Part shown: positions 43,334 through 53,498 of the stretch, in pieces
How the letters are laid out: every line of letters starts with the position of its first letter
Position numbering within the stretch: the stretch's first letter is position 1
Source of the DNA: Dehalococcoidia bacterium
GTDB taxonomy: Bacteria > Chloroflexota > Dehalococcoidia > SHYD01
DNA: 64,000 bases
Reading direction: 5' to 3'
Assembly: GCA_965261835.1 (NCBI GenBank)
Contig: OZ253478.1
Coordinates: 1,624,832-1,688,831 of the forward strand
Notes under the pieces: generated by a model
Seen by the model: only the letters and a program-made list of their open reading frames with translations
The model's database searches: none
What the model was told of the DNA's origin: nothing
Position numbers and translations under genes: made by a program

Positions 43334-43452
43334 AATGTATGCTTGCGGGTAGTGCGTCCAAACGAGTAAAATGGGAGTACCTCACCGAAGTGGTTGGTAC
43401 TCTCTGGGCCAGTGTGAGGTCTCTATTTTAGAGGGAGCGGAAAGGAGAAGAC

Positions 43453-44334
43453 ATGGAGCAGGGCACAGTATTGCTCAAGAGGGGCCTTGCCCAGATGCTC
43501 AAGGGCGGGGTGATCATGGACGTGGTCACCGCCGAACACGCCCGTATTGCCGAGGAAGCCGGTGCGTGCGCGGTGATGGCCTTAGAGCGCGTGCCCGCCG
43601 ACATTCGAGCGTCCGGCGGCGTTGCCCGCATGTCCGACCCTTCAGTGATCATCGACATCATTGAGGCGGTCACCATTCCGGTCATGGCAAAGTGCCGCAT
43701 CGGCCACTTTGTGGAGGCCCAGGTGCTCGAGGCCCTTGGGGTTGACTACATCGATGAGTCCGAGGTGTTGACTCCGGCCGATGAAGCTCATCACGTCTGG
43801 AAGCACGATTTCAACGTTCCCTTCGTCTGCGGCTGCAGGGATCTGGGTGAGGCACTCCGCCGAATTGGTGAGGGCGCGGCCATGATCCGCACCAAGGGCG
43901 AGGCGGGCACCGGCAACATCGTGGAGGCGGTACGCCACATGCGGGCCGTGACCAGCGCAATCCGCCGCATCCAAGGCATGGGCGAGGATGAGCTGATGGC
44001 AGAGGCCAAGGAGTTGGGCGCGCCCTTCGAACTGGTGTTGGAGGTGCATAACACCGGCAAGCTACCTGTGGTCAACTTTGCGGCCGGTGGCGTCGCCACG
44101 CCGACAGACGCCGCACTTATGATGCAACTCGGCTCGGACGGTGTGTTCGTGGGTTCTGGCATCTTTAAGTCTGCGGACCCGGCTCCTCGGGCGCGAGCGG
44201 TGGTGCAGGCCGTGACCCATTTCCGTGATCCCCACATTATTGCTGATGTCTCCCGCAATCTTGGAGAGCCAATGACTGGCATCGATATCCGGACGCTGCC
44301 AGAGGTTGAACAATTCGCCCGTCGGGGATGGTAA
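43453..44334 (+). CDS. pdxS: pyridoxal 5'-phosphate synthase lyase subunit PdxS
   Basis: [37 protein letters not shown] is highly conserved PdxS sequence. Confidence 0.95.
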   Translation: MEQGTVLLKRGLAQMLKGGVIMDVVTAEHARIAEEAGACAVMALERVPADIRASGGVARMSDPSVIIDIIEAVTIPVMAKCRIGHFVEAQVLEALGVDYIDESEVLTPADEAHHVWKHDFNVPFVCGCRDLGEALRRIGEGAAMIRTKGEAGTGNIVEAVRHMRAVTSAIRRIQGMGEDELMAEAKELGAPFELVLEVHNTGKLPVVNFAAGGVATPTDAALMMQLGSDGVFVGSGIFKSADPAPRARAVVQAVTHFRDPHIIADVSRNLGEPMTGIDIRTLPEVEQFARRGW

Positions 44335-44337
44335 TTC

Positions 44338-44931
44338 ATGCAGGTGGGCGTCCTCGCCCTACAAGGTGATTTTCAAGAACACGCCAGGGTGCTCCACCAG
44401 TTAGGAGCGGAGGTGACCGAAGTCCGGTTGCCGAAGCACGTAGACCAGGTGGATGCGCTGGTCATTCCTGGCGGAGAAAGCACCACTATCACCCGCCTAC
44501 TCGCGTTGTTCGGACTGCTGGAGCCAATCCAGCGGCGTATCGACGAAGGGATGCCCGTTCTCGGCACCTGCGCCGGCGCCATCGTCCTAGCGGAGCACGC
44601 CACAGACCTAGACCGGCCCGGGCTGGGCCGGATGCATGTCAACGTGCGGCGCAATGCTTTTGGCCGACAGGTGGACAGCTTCGAGGCGGACGTTCCATTC
44701 CCGGTGCTGGGTGATCCCCCCGTCCATGCTATCTTCATCCGAGCCCCGGTCATAGAAGCGGTGCTGCCGCCGGCCCGGGTTCTGGCAACCTTGCCGGACG
44801 GCACTATTGTGGCCGCACAGGAAGAAAACATGCTCGCTCTGGCATTTCACCCGGAACTTACCGGCGACACGCGGGTGCACCGCTACTTCCTTTCACTAAT
44901 ACCGGAACGGCAAGTCGCGCAGACGGCGTAA
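44338..44931 (+). CDS. pdxT: pyridoxal 5'-phosphate synthase glutaminase subunit PdxT
   Basis: MQVGVLALQGDFQEH, catalytic GTCAG, and HPE. Confidence 0.93.
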   Translation: MQVGVLALQGDFQEHARVLHQLGAEVTEVRLPKHVDQVDALVIPGGESTTITRLLALFGLLEPIQRRIDEGMPVLGTCAGAIVLAEHATDLDRPGLGRMHVNVRRNAFGRQVDSFEADVPFPVLGDPPVHAIFIRAPVIEAVLPPARVLATLPDGTIVAAQEENMLALAFHPELTGDTRVHRYFLSLIPERQVAQTA

Positions 44932-45142
44932 ACAAGATGCCTAGGGAACTTCTGTCACAGCCAGCAACCGGAAAACATCCGCTCGTGGTACGTATTGCCT
45001 GTGCCGAGTTAACCCGTCTGGACGGGCTCATTGCGGACAACCATGATGGGCGCTGCAGCCATCACCCCGGCAAACCGATTGGGCACGCTCAGGGCGATCG
45101 GGGAGGTCTCTCCCACACCGCGACAAACGCAAAACGCATGCC

Positions 45143-46078
45143 ATGCAGGTAGTTCACAGCATCCGGCCGACCGACATCGTTGCACTGGCGGCATTCCAAG
45201 GGAATGCCTTCCCCAACCAGGCGAGGACGCGCGCCCGGCTGGAAGGCGATAACACCCTGTCCCTGACCGTAGGTATGCTGATGGAACAGTGGATTATGTC
45301 GGAGAACCGGCACACCATTGTGGCCATGGACGGGCACACTATTCTGGGCCTTATTTCCGCCCGCCACCGGGGAAGCAAGGCGGTGTGGGAAATAGACTGG
45401 CTGGTGGTAGGCGCCTGTGACGACAAAAACCAGACCGCACAGATGCTTCTGGACCGGCTGACCATGGAAGCCAGCGCGGCGCGGGTGCGGAAAATGTTCC
45501 TGCGCCTGCCGGAAGACAGCCCACTCCATCAGGGCTTGCTGGCGGCAGGCTTCTCTGCCTACGCCACGGAGCTGCTGCTGGTCTGCTCTGATTTCAGGAC
45601 CCGATCACTCGATGTAGATGGCGAAGCGCTGCAGCCATGCACTACTGGAGATGGACACGGGCTATTTCGTCTCTATTGCGCGGCCGTACCCACTACGGTA
45701 CGAGCAGTGGAAGGCATGACCTTGGAGGACTGGCGAGCCAGCCAGGACAATTCGTTAGGGCGTCAGCGTGAATACCTTTTGGTTGCCAATGACCGCCCAG
45801 ACGGGTGGCTGCGCTTTTCCCGTAAAAACCGCTGCGGCCACTTCCAGTGTCTCGGCGCCACAGCGGATAGCGAACAGCTTAACCAGATGGTGGGCTATGC
45901 GCTGAGCCGCCTCACGCAGTGCGAGAGGGTGGCAACCCTGGTGCCCGAGTATCAGCCGGTTCTGACGCGTACGCTGGCACGCGATTGGGGCTTTCATGAG
46001 GTGAGCCGATATCATCTTTTTGCGAAGCAGCTCGCCGTCCAAGTCAAGGAGACGCAATTGGTGCCTGCTCATGCCTAA
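45143..46078 (+). CDS. hypothetical protein (possible GNAT-like fold)
   Basis: 311-aa ORF with coding-like codon usage. No confident motif. Confidence 0.4.
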   Translation: MQVVHSIRPTDIVALAAFQGNAFPNQARTRARLEGDNTLSLTVGMLMEQWIMSENRHTIVAMDGHTILGLISARHRGSKAVWEIDWLVVGACDDKNQTAQMLLDRLTMEASAARVRKMFLRLPEDSPLHQGLLAAGFSAYATELLLVCSDFRTRSLDVDGEALQPCTTGDGHGLFRLYCAAVPTTVRAVEGMTLEDWRASQDNSLGRQREYLLVANDRPDGWLRFSRKNRCGHFQCLGATADSEQLNQMVGYALSRLTQCERVATLVPEYQPVLTRTLARDWGFHEVSRYHLFAKQLAVQVKETQLVPAHA

Positions 46079-46114
46079 CATGGCGATTATCACGTTACCA
46101 GCAGTCAAACAAGC

Positions 46115-47668
46115 ATGTTGATCCAACAAACGATCACCGACGATCTGGACGCCCTTCTCGAGGTGCTCCCCCCGCGTATTTCAGACCCGATACTGCAACG
46201 TGGCGACCGTTCCCAACTGCTTGAGATTGTGCTGGACCTTGGCCGGGTTCCCGAGGCCCGCTACGTTGCGTCCGAGACTATTCTGAGCGAGGACGAGGTG
46301 ACCGAGGCCGACCTGCTCTACGTAGTCGGGCGCATTGGCGCGTTCGGTGACGACAACCGGGCCGGTATCGAACGGACGCTGCATCGTATCTCATGCATCC
46401 GGAACCGGACCGGCCGCATCGTAGGGCTCACCTGCCGTATTGGCCGGGCCGTCTACGGCACTATCGATATCATTGAAGACCTGGTTCAAAGTGGGCGGAG
46501 CATCCTGCTTTTGGGCCGGCCCGGAGTGGGCAAGACCACTATGCTGCGAGAGGTGGCGCGGGTCTTGTCCAGTGATCTGAAGAAGCGGGTGGTGGTAGTG
46601 GACACCTCCAACGAAATCGCAGGTGATGGAGACATCCCGCATCCCGCCATTGGCCACTCCCGCCGCATGCAGGTGGCTACTCCGGCGCATCAGCACGCAG
46701 TGATGATCGAGGCGGTGGAGAATCACATGCCTGAAGTGATTATCATTGACGAGATCAGCACGGAGTTGGAGGCCACTGCGGCGCGCACCATCGCCGAGCG
46801 CGGCGTCCAATTAGTGGGCACAGCCCACGGCAACACCCTGGAAAACCTGATCATGAACCCCACCCTTTCCGACCTCATTGGCGGCATCCAGACCGTGACT
46901 TTGGGGGACGAGGAAGCCCGGCGCCGCGGCACCCAAAAATCGATTCTGGAACGAAAGGCGCCACCGACCTTCGATGTGGTGGTGGAAATCCAGAACTTTA
47001 CCAAGGTGGCGGTCCACGCCGACGTCACCAAAACCGTGGACGCTATCCTGCGCGGCAGGCTGGTCCAAGCCGCAGTGCGGGAGCTGGCGACGGATGGCCG
47101 CGTCACCACCACCGACGGCGCCGTGCCCAGCGCCGACGAGGAACGTATGGTGCGCCCACGCCCGGACGAGCGGCCGCGCCCAAGTACGGACAGGACCGCC
47201 AAGGTATTCCCCTTTGGCGTCAGCCGCAGCCGAGTAGAGCACGCCATCCGCAGCGCGCAGCTCGATCTTGAGCTGTCCGATCGCCTAGAGGGCAGCGACG
47301 CGGTGCTCACCGCCCGGAACTACTTCCGGCGGCGTCCCCAAACACTGCGTGACGCAGAGGTGACGGGCGTACCGGTATATGTCCTGAAGAACCACTCCAC
47401 GTCACAGCTCGAACAGGGCCTGCTCAGCATCACGGAATCCGGAAGCGGCGGTACTCAGGTGACCGTTGCCATCCGCGAGGCGGAGGACGCGAGCTATCGC
47501 GTGCTCAACGGAGACGGGCGCGCAGTGCTCACGCCCCAGAACGCCTATATCCGGCGGTTACAGCATCAAGTGGCCCAACGCTACAACCTCAACTCCCGCA
47601 GCACTGGACGGGAACCCATCCGCCACGTGCTCATTTTTGGCACGCAGGGCGACGACCTAGAAGACTGA
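46115..47668 (+). CDS. AAA-like ATPase with a C-terminal R3H domain (Ycf45/SpoIIIAA-like)
   Basis: Walker [17 protein letters not shown], Walker B VIIIDEIS, and a C-terminal R3H motif ([14 protein letters not shown]). Confidence 0.75.
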   Translation: MLIQQTITDDLDALLEVLPPRISDPILQRGDRSQLLEIVLDLGRVPEARYVASETILSEDEVTEADLLYVVGRIGAFGDDNRAGIERTLHRISCIRNRTGRIVGLTCRIGRAVYGTIDIIEDLVQSGRSILLLGRPGVGKTTMLREVARVLSSDLKKRVVVVDTSNEIAGDGDIPHPAIGHSRRMQVATPAHQHAVMIEAVENHMPEVIIIDEISTELEATAARTIAERGVQLVGTAHGNTLENLIMNPTLSDLIGGIQTVTLGDEEARRRGTQKSILERKAPPTFDVVVEIQNFTKVAVHADVTKTVDAILRGRLVQAAVRELATDGRVTTTDGAVPSADEERMVRPRPDERPRPSTDRTAKVFPFGVSRSRVEHAIRSAQLDLELSDRLEGSDAVLTARNYFRRRPQTLRDAEVTGVPVYVLKNHSTSQLEQGLLSITESGSGGTQVTVAIREAEDASYRVLNGDGRAVLTPQNAYIRRLQHQVAQRYNLNSRSTGREPIRHVLIFGTQGDDLED

Positions 47669-47670
47669 GC

Positions 47671-48339
47671 GTGCCTGAAACGCCGACAACCGCAACAACC
47701 TTACCCGGATGCCTGATCGCCATCGAAGGCATCAACGGCGCGGGGAAAACCACCCAAATCAACATGCTGGCGCAGCGGCTGAGGGCGGCTACGCCAAGGC
47801 GGGTTGCCGTGTTCCGCGAGCCGGGCAGCACCGACCTAGGCCTGCGCCTCAGAGATCTCCTGCGCCTCAGAGGAGATCTCCTGAGAGACGAGACCGCCAC
47901 ACCGATTACGCCCCTGGCCGAGCTCCTGCTGTTTGCCGCCGCGCGGGCGCAATTGGTCCAAGAGCGGCTGAAACCGGCCCTGCAATCGGGTGCTGTTGTC
48001 CTCTGTGACCGCTTCAGCGCATCGACTGTCGCCTACCAGGGCTACGGCCGGGGCATCGACCATCCGGTCATCAAGGAACTCGAGCAGATTGCCACTCAGG
48101 GCATCGCCCCTAACCTGGTAGTGCTGTTAGATCTGGATAGCGCTACTGCGCTGGCCCGGCGCCCAGCTTCGGACCGTTTTGAGCAGGAGGAGATGGCCTT
48201 TCACCAGCGCGTCCGACAGGGGTACCTCGCCCAAGCGGAGCAGCAACCAGAACGTTGGGTAATTCTCGACGCCTCCGGCTCCCCCGATGCGATTGCCGAG
48301 GCGCTGTGGGACGCCATTTCTCCCCTGATTGTTTCGTAA
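47671..48339 (+). CDS. tmk: thymidylate kinase
   Basis: P-loop IEGINGAGKTT, DRF motif, and LID region. Contains an in-frame tandem duplication (see the repeat at 47842-47880). Confidence 0.88.
   Translation: MPETPTTATTLPGCLIAIEGINGAGKTTQINMLAQRLRAATPRRVAVFREPGSTDLGLRLRDLLRLRGDLLRDETATPITPLAELLLFAAARAQLVQERLKPALQSGAVVLCDRFSASTVAYQGYGRGIDHPVIKELEQIATQGIAPNLVVLLDLDSATALARRPASDRFEQEEMAFHQRVRQGYLAQAEQQPERWVILDASGSPDAIAEALWDAISPLIVS
47842..47880. repeat. in-frame tandem duplication (18 + 21 bp) inside tmk, each unit ending in the palindrome GAGATCTC
   Basis: ctgcgcctcagagatctc / ctgcgcctcagaggagatctc, encoding LRLRDLLRLRGDL. Confidence 0.7.
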
Positions 48340-48650
48340 CAAGGTCCTAGGGCCGCCGTTAATGACGTGGTTCCGGATCAGCAACCAACATGCGTCGCTA
48401 GTGGCGGTGCAGTCCAGGCATTGAACATTACATAGCGTTGAGGTTAGCCAAATAGCCCCGCACCGGGTTGTGTATAATAGCGTGAATTACCCATAGAATT
48501 ACTGCGAGGTTGACCGCAACGATCGTCTCGAAACGTGCTGAGGGGCGCCCAGGCTGTAACCGTTGCCCGAATAGGCTTGTATCAAGGTTGGGAATGTTGT
48601 AGCTCTAGGTAACGTAGTTTCCGCCCTTCAATAGCGGGAGGTGAAGCACC

Positions 48651-49493
48651 ATGGCGTACGCAGAAGAGAACAGCGCCCGCTTTCGTCGGCAACGAACTGA
48701 ACAAGCAATAAGCCTAGCCGTCCAGAGCCGCTGGGCTGAGGCAGTGGAGGCCAATCAAAGCATACTGGCTGTCTTCAAAGAGGACGTGGATGCCAACAAC
48801 CGCTTGGGCAAAGCCTTCACGGAACTCGGCCAGTATGAAGAGGCCCGAAATGCGTACGGCAAAGCGCTCAAGTTGGAGCCTAGCAACACAATTGCTCGGA
48901 AGAACCTGAGCCGTCTCTCCGGCCTGAAAGCCGCGCCGCGGACTGCGGCGTCTGTACACGCCAAAGTGGATCCTTGGCTGTTTATTGAAGAAGCGGGTAA
49001 GACGGCAGTGCTGGCAGTGCTGGCGCAGGGGACAAAGGACGTGCTGGGCAAAATCACCGCGGGCGAACAGTTGCAGATCAAAGCTTTCGGCAAGCAACTC
49101 AATCTGCTAACCCTTAGCGGTGAATATGTGGGCCTGTTAGAGCCGCGGACTGCCACACGCCTACAGACCCTTATGGAAGGGGGCAACCGCTACGAGGCCG
49201 CCGTCACCAGCGTGACGGAGGGCCAGGTCAAAGTGATCCTCCGGGAGGTCTACCAGTCTGCCCAAATGGCGGGCCGCGTCTCCTTCCCCGCTCGAACTAA
49301 TACCAACGTCCGGCCTTACATCAAGAATGGCATCCTCCGCACTGGAATGGAAGACGAGGGAGAGTATCTTCTGGAGGACGAGGAGGACACCGGCGACTGG
49401 GAGGAGGAGAGCGGTGAGGAAGGCGGGATTGTCACAGTGCCGCTCCCGGCTGACCAGAATGACAATGATGATGACAAGGATGAAGATAACTAG
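48651..49493 (+). CDS. TPR-repeat protein with a strongly acidic C-terminal tail
   Basis: N-terminal TPR-like helices (LGKAFTELGQYEEARNAYGKALKLEPSN). C-terminus EDEGEYLLEDEEDTGDWEEESGEEG...DDDKDEDN. Confidence 0.6.
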   Translation: MAYAEENSARFRRQRTEQAISLAVQSRWAEAVEANQSILAVFKEDVDANNRLGKAFTELGQYEEARNAYGKALKLEPSNTIARKNLSRLSGLKAAPRTAASVHAKVDPWLFIEEAGKTAVLAVLAQGTKDVLGKITAGEQLQIKAFGKQLNLLTLSGEYVGLLEPRTATRLQTLMEGGNRYEAAVTSVTEGQVKVILREVYQSAQMAGRVSFPARTNTNVRPYIKNGILRTGMEDEGEYLLEDEEDTGDWEEESGEEGGIVTVPLPADQNDNDDDKDEDN

Positions 49494-49520
49494 ACCGCAC
49501 CCTCAACTGTGAAAGTATGA

Positions 49521-49553
49521 AAGCGGCGAGTGTGGTACACTCGCCGCTTCTTT
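49521..49553. terminator. bidirectional terminator hairpin between the TPR gene and the convergent Cys-rich ORF
   Basis: AAGCGGCGAGTGT-ggt-ACACTCGCCGCTT, a 13-bp perfect stem. Confidence 0.65.
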
Positions 49554-49566
49554 AGTAGAGGTGAGG

Positions 49567-49866
49567 CTAGCCTTCTTGCAGTGGCGCCAAGACATGGGTC
49601 TGATAACAGGGCGAACAGAGAAACAACACTGCGCAACTTTCTTCATCGAGATACACCACCCCGCAGTCCTGCGCGTCCGCGTTCTCGGTCATCCTCATGT
49701 GGAATGGCGCGCTACAGGCGTCACACGGCGCCTGATGAGCCTCGGGGAGTTGCCCGGCGCACACCACGCACAGGCCATCAACGTGCTCATGGTTCAGGGA
49801 GTTGAGCGGCAGGGTGCTCAAGGTATTCTCCGTAGCGCTGGATTGGGGGGCTGCGCGTCGATCCAC
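49567..49866 (-). CDS. small Cys-rich hypothetical protein (zinc-ribbon-like); the start may be the TTG at 49821 that overlaps the upstream gene's stop
   Basis: 99 aa with high GC3. CVVC...CDAC...C...C...CSPC pattern. Overlaps or couples to the 3-prime end of the CCA-family gene. Confidence 0.45.
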   Translation of the reverse strand: MDRRAAPQSSATENTLSTLPLNSLNHEHVDGLCVVCAGQLPEAHQAPCDACSAPFHMRMTENADAQDCGVVYLDEESCAVLFLCSPCYQTHVLAPLQEG

Positions 49867-51095
49867 TGCTGCACAAAGCGTCGCTCGTCGCTTCTACTTG
49901 TTACCATACCGTCCAAGCGGGCGTTCTGCAACGCCTTGAGGCAGGCGCCCAGCGGCAGCCCAGGAGACACCCCCAGCGCCAGCAACTCTACGCTCTTCAA
50001 ACGGGGCCGTAGCTGGCGCCACTCGTTCAGGTAACGCTGCAACACTGCCCGAACCTGGCCATCCGGACTCATCAGTGCGTGCACATATACCGCATGCCAC
50101 GAAAGATCGCGCAGGGCAGCTACTACCTGGCTGGGCGAGGCCGCGGCGGCGTCCAGAGACGCCACTGCCAGTGCCGCTCGGTCCAGGTCCACCAGCGCCT
50201 TGGCTGCCGCCCTCGGGAGCTGGAACACTGCAATCAGCCGCGTCCGTTCCTGCCGCGTCAGAGGAAACGCCAGCAAGCAGAGGGAGACGCACACCCGTGC
50301 CGCCTTGTCCTGCACGCTTGCCCGCACCTCCGGCAACTTCTCGGCCACCGTATGCATCAACCGCAGCCCAGGGAAGAGGCAGGGTAGTAATTCCAGCCGC
50401 TCCGCCAATGCCAGGGCCGGCAGCGGCTCATCCTCCAGCAAGATCCGATCCAGCTCTTTCCAGCGACGGGCCCCGCTGATCTCCAGTAGTCCCGGGCGAG
50501 ACGCGGAGAGTAACGCGGCCGTGTGAGGCTCTATATTAAACGACAAACGTCCGCAGTAGCGCACGGCTCGCACTATGCGGGTCGGGTCGTCCACAAAGCT
50601 CAAGTCATGCAATACCCGAACTGTTGTCGTTTGGAGGTCAGAGCGGCCGTTGTAGGGGTCATGCAATTCGCCCCACGTGTCCGGCGCCAGCGCTGCCGCC
50701 AGCGCGTTGATGGTGAAGTCGCGCCGGCCTAGGTCCTCGTCCAGGCCCGCCGGTTCTACCTCCGGAAGGTCGCCCGCCGCGGCGTAACGTTCACGGCGTG
50801 AGGTCGCCAGGTCCAAAGCAAGGCCGGGCAGCAGTACCCGGGCGGTCCCGAAGCGGGTATGGCTGCTTACCCTGCCACTCAACTCCTGGGCCACCGCCAC
50901 TGCGAGGCTCCGAGCATCCCCTTCAACTGCGATGTCGATGTCCTGGCTGAGCGGACGGTTTAGGAGCAGGTCCCGCACTGCGCCGCCCACGAGATAGCAG
51001 CGAGCCGGCAACGCTAGGCCCAGCCTGCCGACGGCGCGCACTACGGTTAGGGTGCTTGCGGGCAGCCCTTCCTCTAGTTGCTGGGCGATGTTCAT
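49818..51095 (-). CDS. class-II tRNA nucleotidyltransferase (CCA-adding / poly(A) polymerase family), no HD domain
   Basis: CYLVGGAVRDLLLNRPLSQDIDIAVEGDA and RDFTINALA head-domain motifs. 425 aa. Confidence 0.85.
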   Translation of the reverse strand: MNIAQQLEEGLPASTLTVVRAVGRLGLALPARCYLVGGAVRDLLLNRPLSQDIDIAVEGDARSLAVAVAQELSGRVSSHTRFGTARVLLPGLALDLATSRRERYAAAGDLPEVEPAGLDEDLGRRDFTINALAAALAPDTWGELHDPYNGRSDLQTTTVRVLHDLSFVDDPTRIVRAVRYCGRLSFNIEPHTAALLSASRPGLLEISGARRWKELDRILLEDEPLPALALAERLELLPCLFPGLRLMHTVAEKLPEVRASVQDKAARVCVSLCLLAFPLTRQERTRLIAVFQLPRAAAKALVDLDRAALAVASLDAAAASPSQVVAALRDLSWHAVYVHALMSPDGQVRAVLQRYLNEWRQLRPRLKSVELLALGVSPGLPLGACLKALQNARLDGMVTSRSDERRFVQQWIDAQPPNPALRRIP

Positions 51096-51325
51096 TGGGC
51101 GCTTCTTAGGCGTTTCATTTAGCCTCTAGCCCCTGTACTTCAATGTAATGCTGCGTAATGCTGCAATGCCGTCGACGTACGCAGAGCCGCACGTTACCAT
51201 TTCATCCGCGGTGGACCTGAGCGTTTTTCCGCTCGTGTTTCCCCGTCATGCTCAGGGCAGGCTAACTCACCACGAGCGGGGAAGTGCCCACAACATCCGT
51301 GCAACGGGTATGGTCTCACTCATGC

Positions 51326-51355
51326 TTTACACTCATTCTGTACAGCTACTATAAT
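51326..51355 (+). promoter_or_regulatory. putative sigma-70 promoter upstream of def (TTTACA-N18-TATAAT)
   Basis: Near-consensus hexamers about 60 nt upstream of the def GTG start. Confidence 0.45.
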
Positions 51356-51416
51356 GACATATGAGAGACACGATTGACTGCTCAGGCGCGGCTTGCCTTG
51401 AGCGCAGGAGGACGCA

Positions 51417-51947
51417 GTGGCGCTACGCGAAATCCTATTCGCCAACAATCCCATCCTACGGCAGAAATCCAAGAAAGTCCGGACGGTTGACCTGTCGGTT
51501 CAACGTCTGATCGACGATATGATCGAGACGATGCACGCCGGCGGTGGGGTTGGCCTTGCCGCGCCGCAGGTCGGCGTACTACAGCGGGTGATTGTCATTC
51601 ACATCCCGGAGCCAGAAGAAGAGCCAATCGCCCTCATCAATCCCGTAGTAGTCAAACGCTCGGGTCAGCGCTCCGTGGAAGAGGGGTGTCTCAGCATCCC
51701 CGGCTGGCGCGGTGAAGTGAAGCGCTCCGTAAGTGTGACCGTGAAGGCGATTAACCGCCAGGGGCGCGAGATTAGAATAAAGTCCTCGGATGATCTGCTG
51801 GCCCAGGCGCTGGAGCATGAGATTGACCACTTGGACGGAGTGCTCTACATCGACCACCTGACGGGGCCGGACAAGCTGTGGAAGCTGGAGCCAGAGGAAG
51901 CGGAAGCTAATAAGGAGCTTACGACTGCTCAAACGCCCGGACTCTAA
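51417..51947 (+). CDS. def: peptide deformylase
   Basis: GVGLAAPQVG, EGCLSIPG, and HEIDHLDG motifs. GTG start. Confidence 0.93.
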   Translation: MALREILFANNPILRQKSKKVRTVDLSVQRLIDDMIETMHAGGGVGLAAPQVGVLQRVIVIHIPEPEEEPIALINPVVVKRSGQRSVEEGCLSIPGWRGEVKRSVSVTVKAINRQGREIRIKSSDDLLAQALEHEIDHLDGVLYIDHLTGPDKLWKLEPEEAEANKELTTAQTPGL

Positions 51948-51971
51948 AGAGGAAGCGGAAACGTACTAAGA

Positions 51972-53465
51972 ATGGACTTCTCAGTACTGCTTTCCCAGCT
52001 CAGGGCATGTGCCGTGAGTGAGGGAGAGCAGGTTTATCTGGTTGGTGGATGCGTACGGGACGGCCTGATGGGCCGTCCTCTTCGTGATGTGGACATTGCC
52101 GTGACCGGCAGCGCCACCGCTTTCGCCCAGACGCTTGCCGTGCAGTTGGGCGCAACCTACGTACCCCTGGGCCAGCGCTTTGGCGCCAGCCGGGTGGTGC
52201 TGCGGAATGCGGATCAAGGCGTCCGTGAGATAGACTGCTCGCCGTTGCACGGTGACGTGCTCCAAGATTTGGCTGCTAGGGACTTCACCATTGACGCGCT
52301 TGCAGTCCCTCTGAGCAGCTTTGCCGGCGCGTGGGACACCCCTGCGCTTATCGACCCCCACCACGGCTTGGCTGACCTCCACCGCGGCCTGATCCGCATG
52401 GTCTCGCCGGAGAGCTTTACCGCCGATCCACTGCGGCTGCTGCGAGCCGTACGTCTCCAGGCTGAGCTGGGGTTCACCATCGATGAACCCACCGCTGCAA
52501 CCATCCATAGCAATAGCGAGGGCCTGGCAACCTGCGCCCCGGAGCGCATCCGGGACGAGATGTATCGCCTGCTGGAAGCGCCGGGTACGGTGGGAAGCGT
52601 TGAAACCCTAGACAGCCTCGGGCTGCTGGGTGTGGTCTTTCCCGCGTTGATGGACGGCAAGGATGTGGCGCAGCCCAAAGAGCACTACTGGGACGTGTTC
52701 CGCCATCAGGTGGAGACCATGGCGGCCGCAGAAGCGGTATGCGACCATGCGGTGCATCCAAAGCTGGGCGAACGGCCCCATTTGCAGCTCGCTGTCACAG
52801 CCCCGCATTGGCCCCAGCTAGAGGATGGCTACTTTGCCCAGCGCTGCGGCGCAATGTCGCACCAGGCCATCATGAAGCTGGCCGCCCTGCTCCACGATGT
52901 TGCCAAGCCGGCAACCAAGACCGTGGACGCTACCGGCCGAACGCGCTTTTTCGGCCACGCCGAATTGGGTGCGGAGATGGCTACCGATGCGTTGGCGGCC
53001 ATCCGGTTCAGCAATAAGGAAGTGCAGTCAGTGGCCACGTTGGTGCGGTATCACTTGCGGCCTACGCAATTGGCCGCCAGCGGGCAGGTGCCCACCGGCC
53101 GCGCCATATTCCGGTTCTTCCGGGACCTGAATGGCTTGGTCATAGACACCCTGATGCTGAGTATGGCCGACCACTTGGGGGCGCGCGGGCCACTGCTGCA
53201 CCTGCCGGCCTGGAACAACCACGTAGCGTACACTGATTACGTTATCGGACAGCATTACCCACAGGCCGAGCGTCGCTCGGCTGAACGGCTGCTCACCGGG
53301 CGCGATCTTATGGCGGCCTTGGGCTTGCAACCTGGGCCGTTGGTTGGCCAGCTGTTGGCCGCCGTCGATGAGGCCACGGCCACGGGCGCAGTGCGCACCA
53401 GAGAACAGGCGTTGGCTGTGGCGGCCCGTCATCTGCAACGGAAGCGGCCCGCGGTGGTCGCTTAA
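51972..53465 (+). CDS. cca: class-II tRNA nucleotidyltransferase with a C-terminal HD domain (CCA-adding enzyme-like)
   Basis: VYLVGGCVRDGLMGRPLRDVDIAV and RDFTIDALA head domain. HD region LLHDVAKP ... H...D. 497 aa. Confidence 0.85.
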   Translation: MDFSVLLSQLRACAVSEGEQVYLVGGCVRDGLMGRPLRDVDIAVTGSATAFAQTLAVQLGATYVPLGQRFGASRVVLRNADQGVREIDCSPLHGDVLQDLAARDFTIDALAVPLSSFAGAWDTPALIDPHHGLADLHRGLIRMVSPESFTADPLRLLRAVRLQAELGFTIDEPTAATIHSNSEGLATCAPERIRDEMYRLLEAPGTVGSVETLDSLGLLGVVFPALMDGKDVAQPKEHYWDVFRHQVETMAAAEAVCDHAVHPKLGERPHLQLAVTAPHWPQLEDGYFAQRCGAMSHQAIMKLAALLHDVAKPATKTVDATGRTRFFGHAELGAEMATDALAAIRFSNKEVQSVATLVRYHLRPTQLAASGQVPTGRAIFRFFRDLNGLVIDTLMLSMADHLGARGPLLHLPAWNNHVAYTDYVIGQHYPQAERRSAERLLTGRDLMAALGLQPGPLVGQLLAAVDEATATGAVRTREQALAVAARHLQRKRPAVVA

Positions 53466-53498
53466 TCTCGCCAACAACAGTGCATTGGAGTAAGCATC

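Noticed and set aside
48465-48480. TGTATAAT -10-like element 170 nt upstream of the TPR gene
   Set aside because: Perfect TATAAT but no convincing -35, and the leader would be unusually long; left as unverified.
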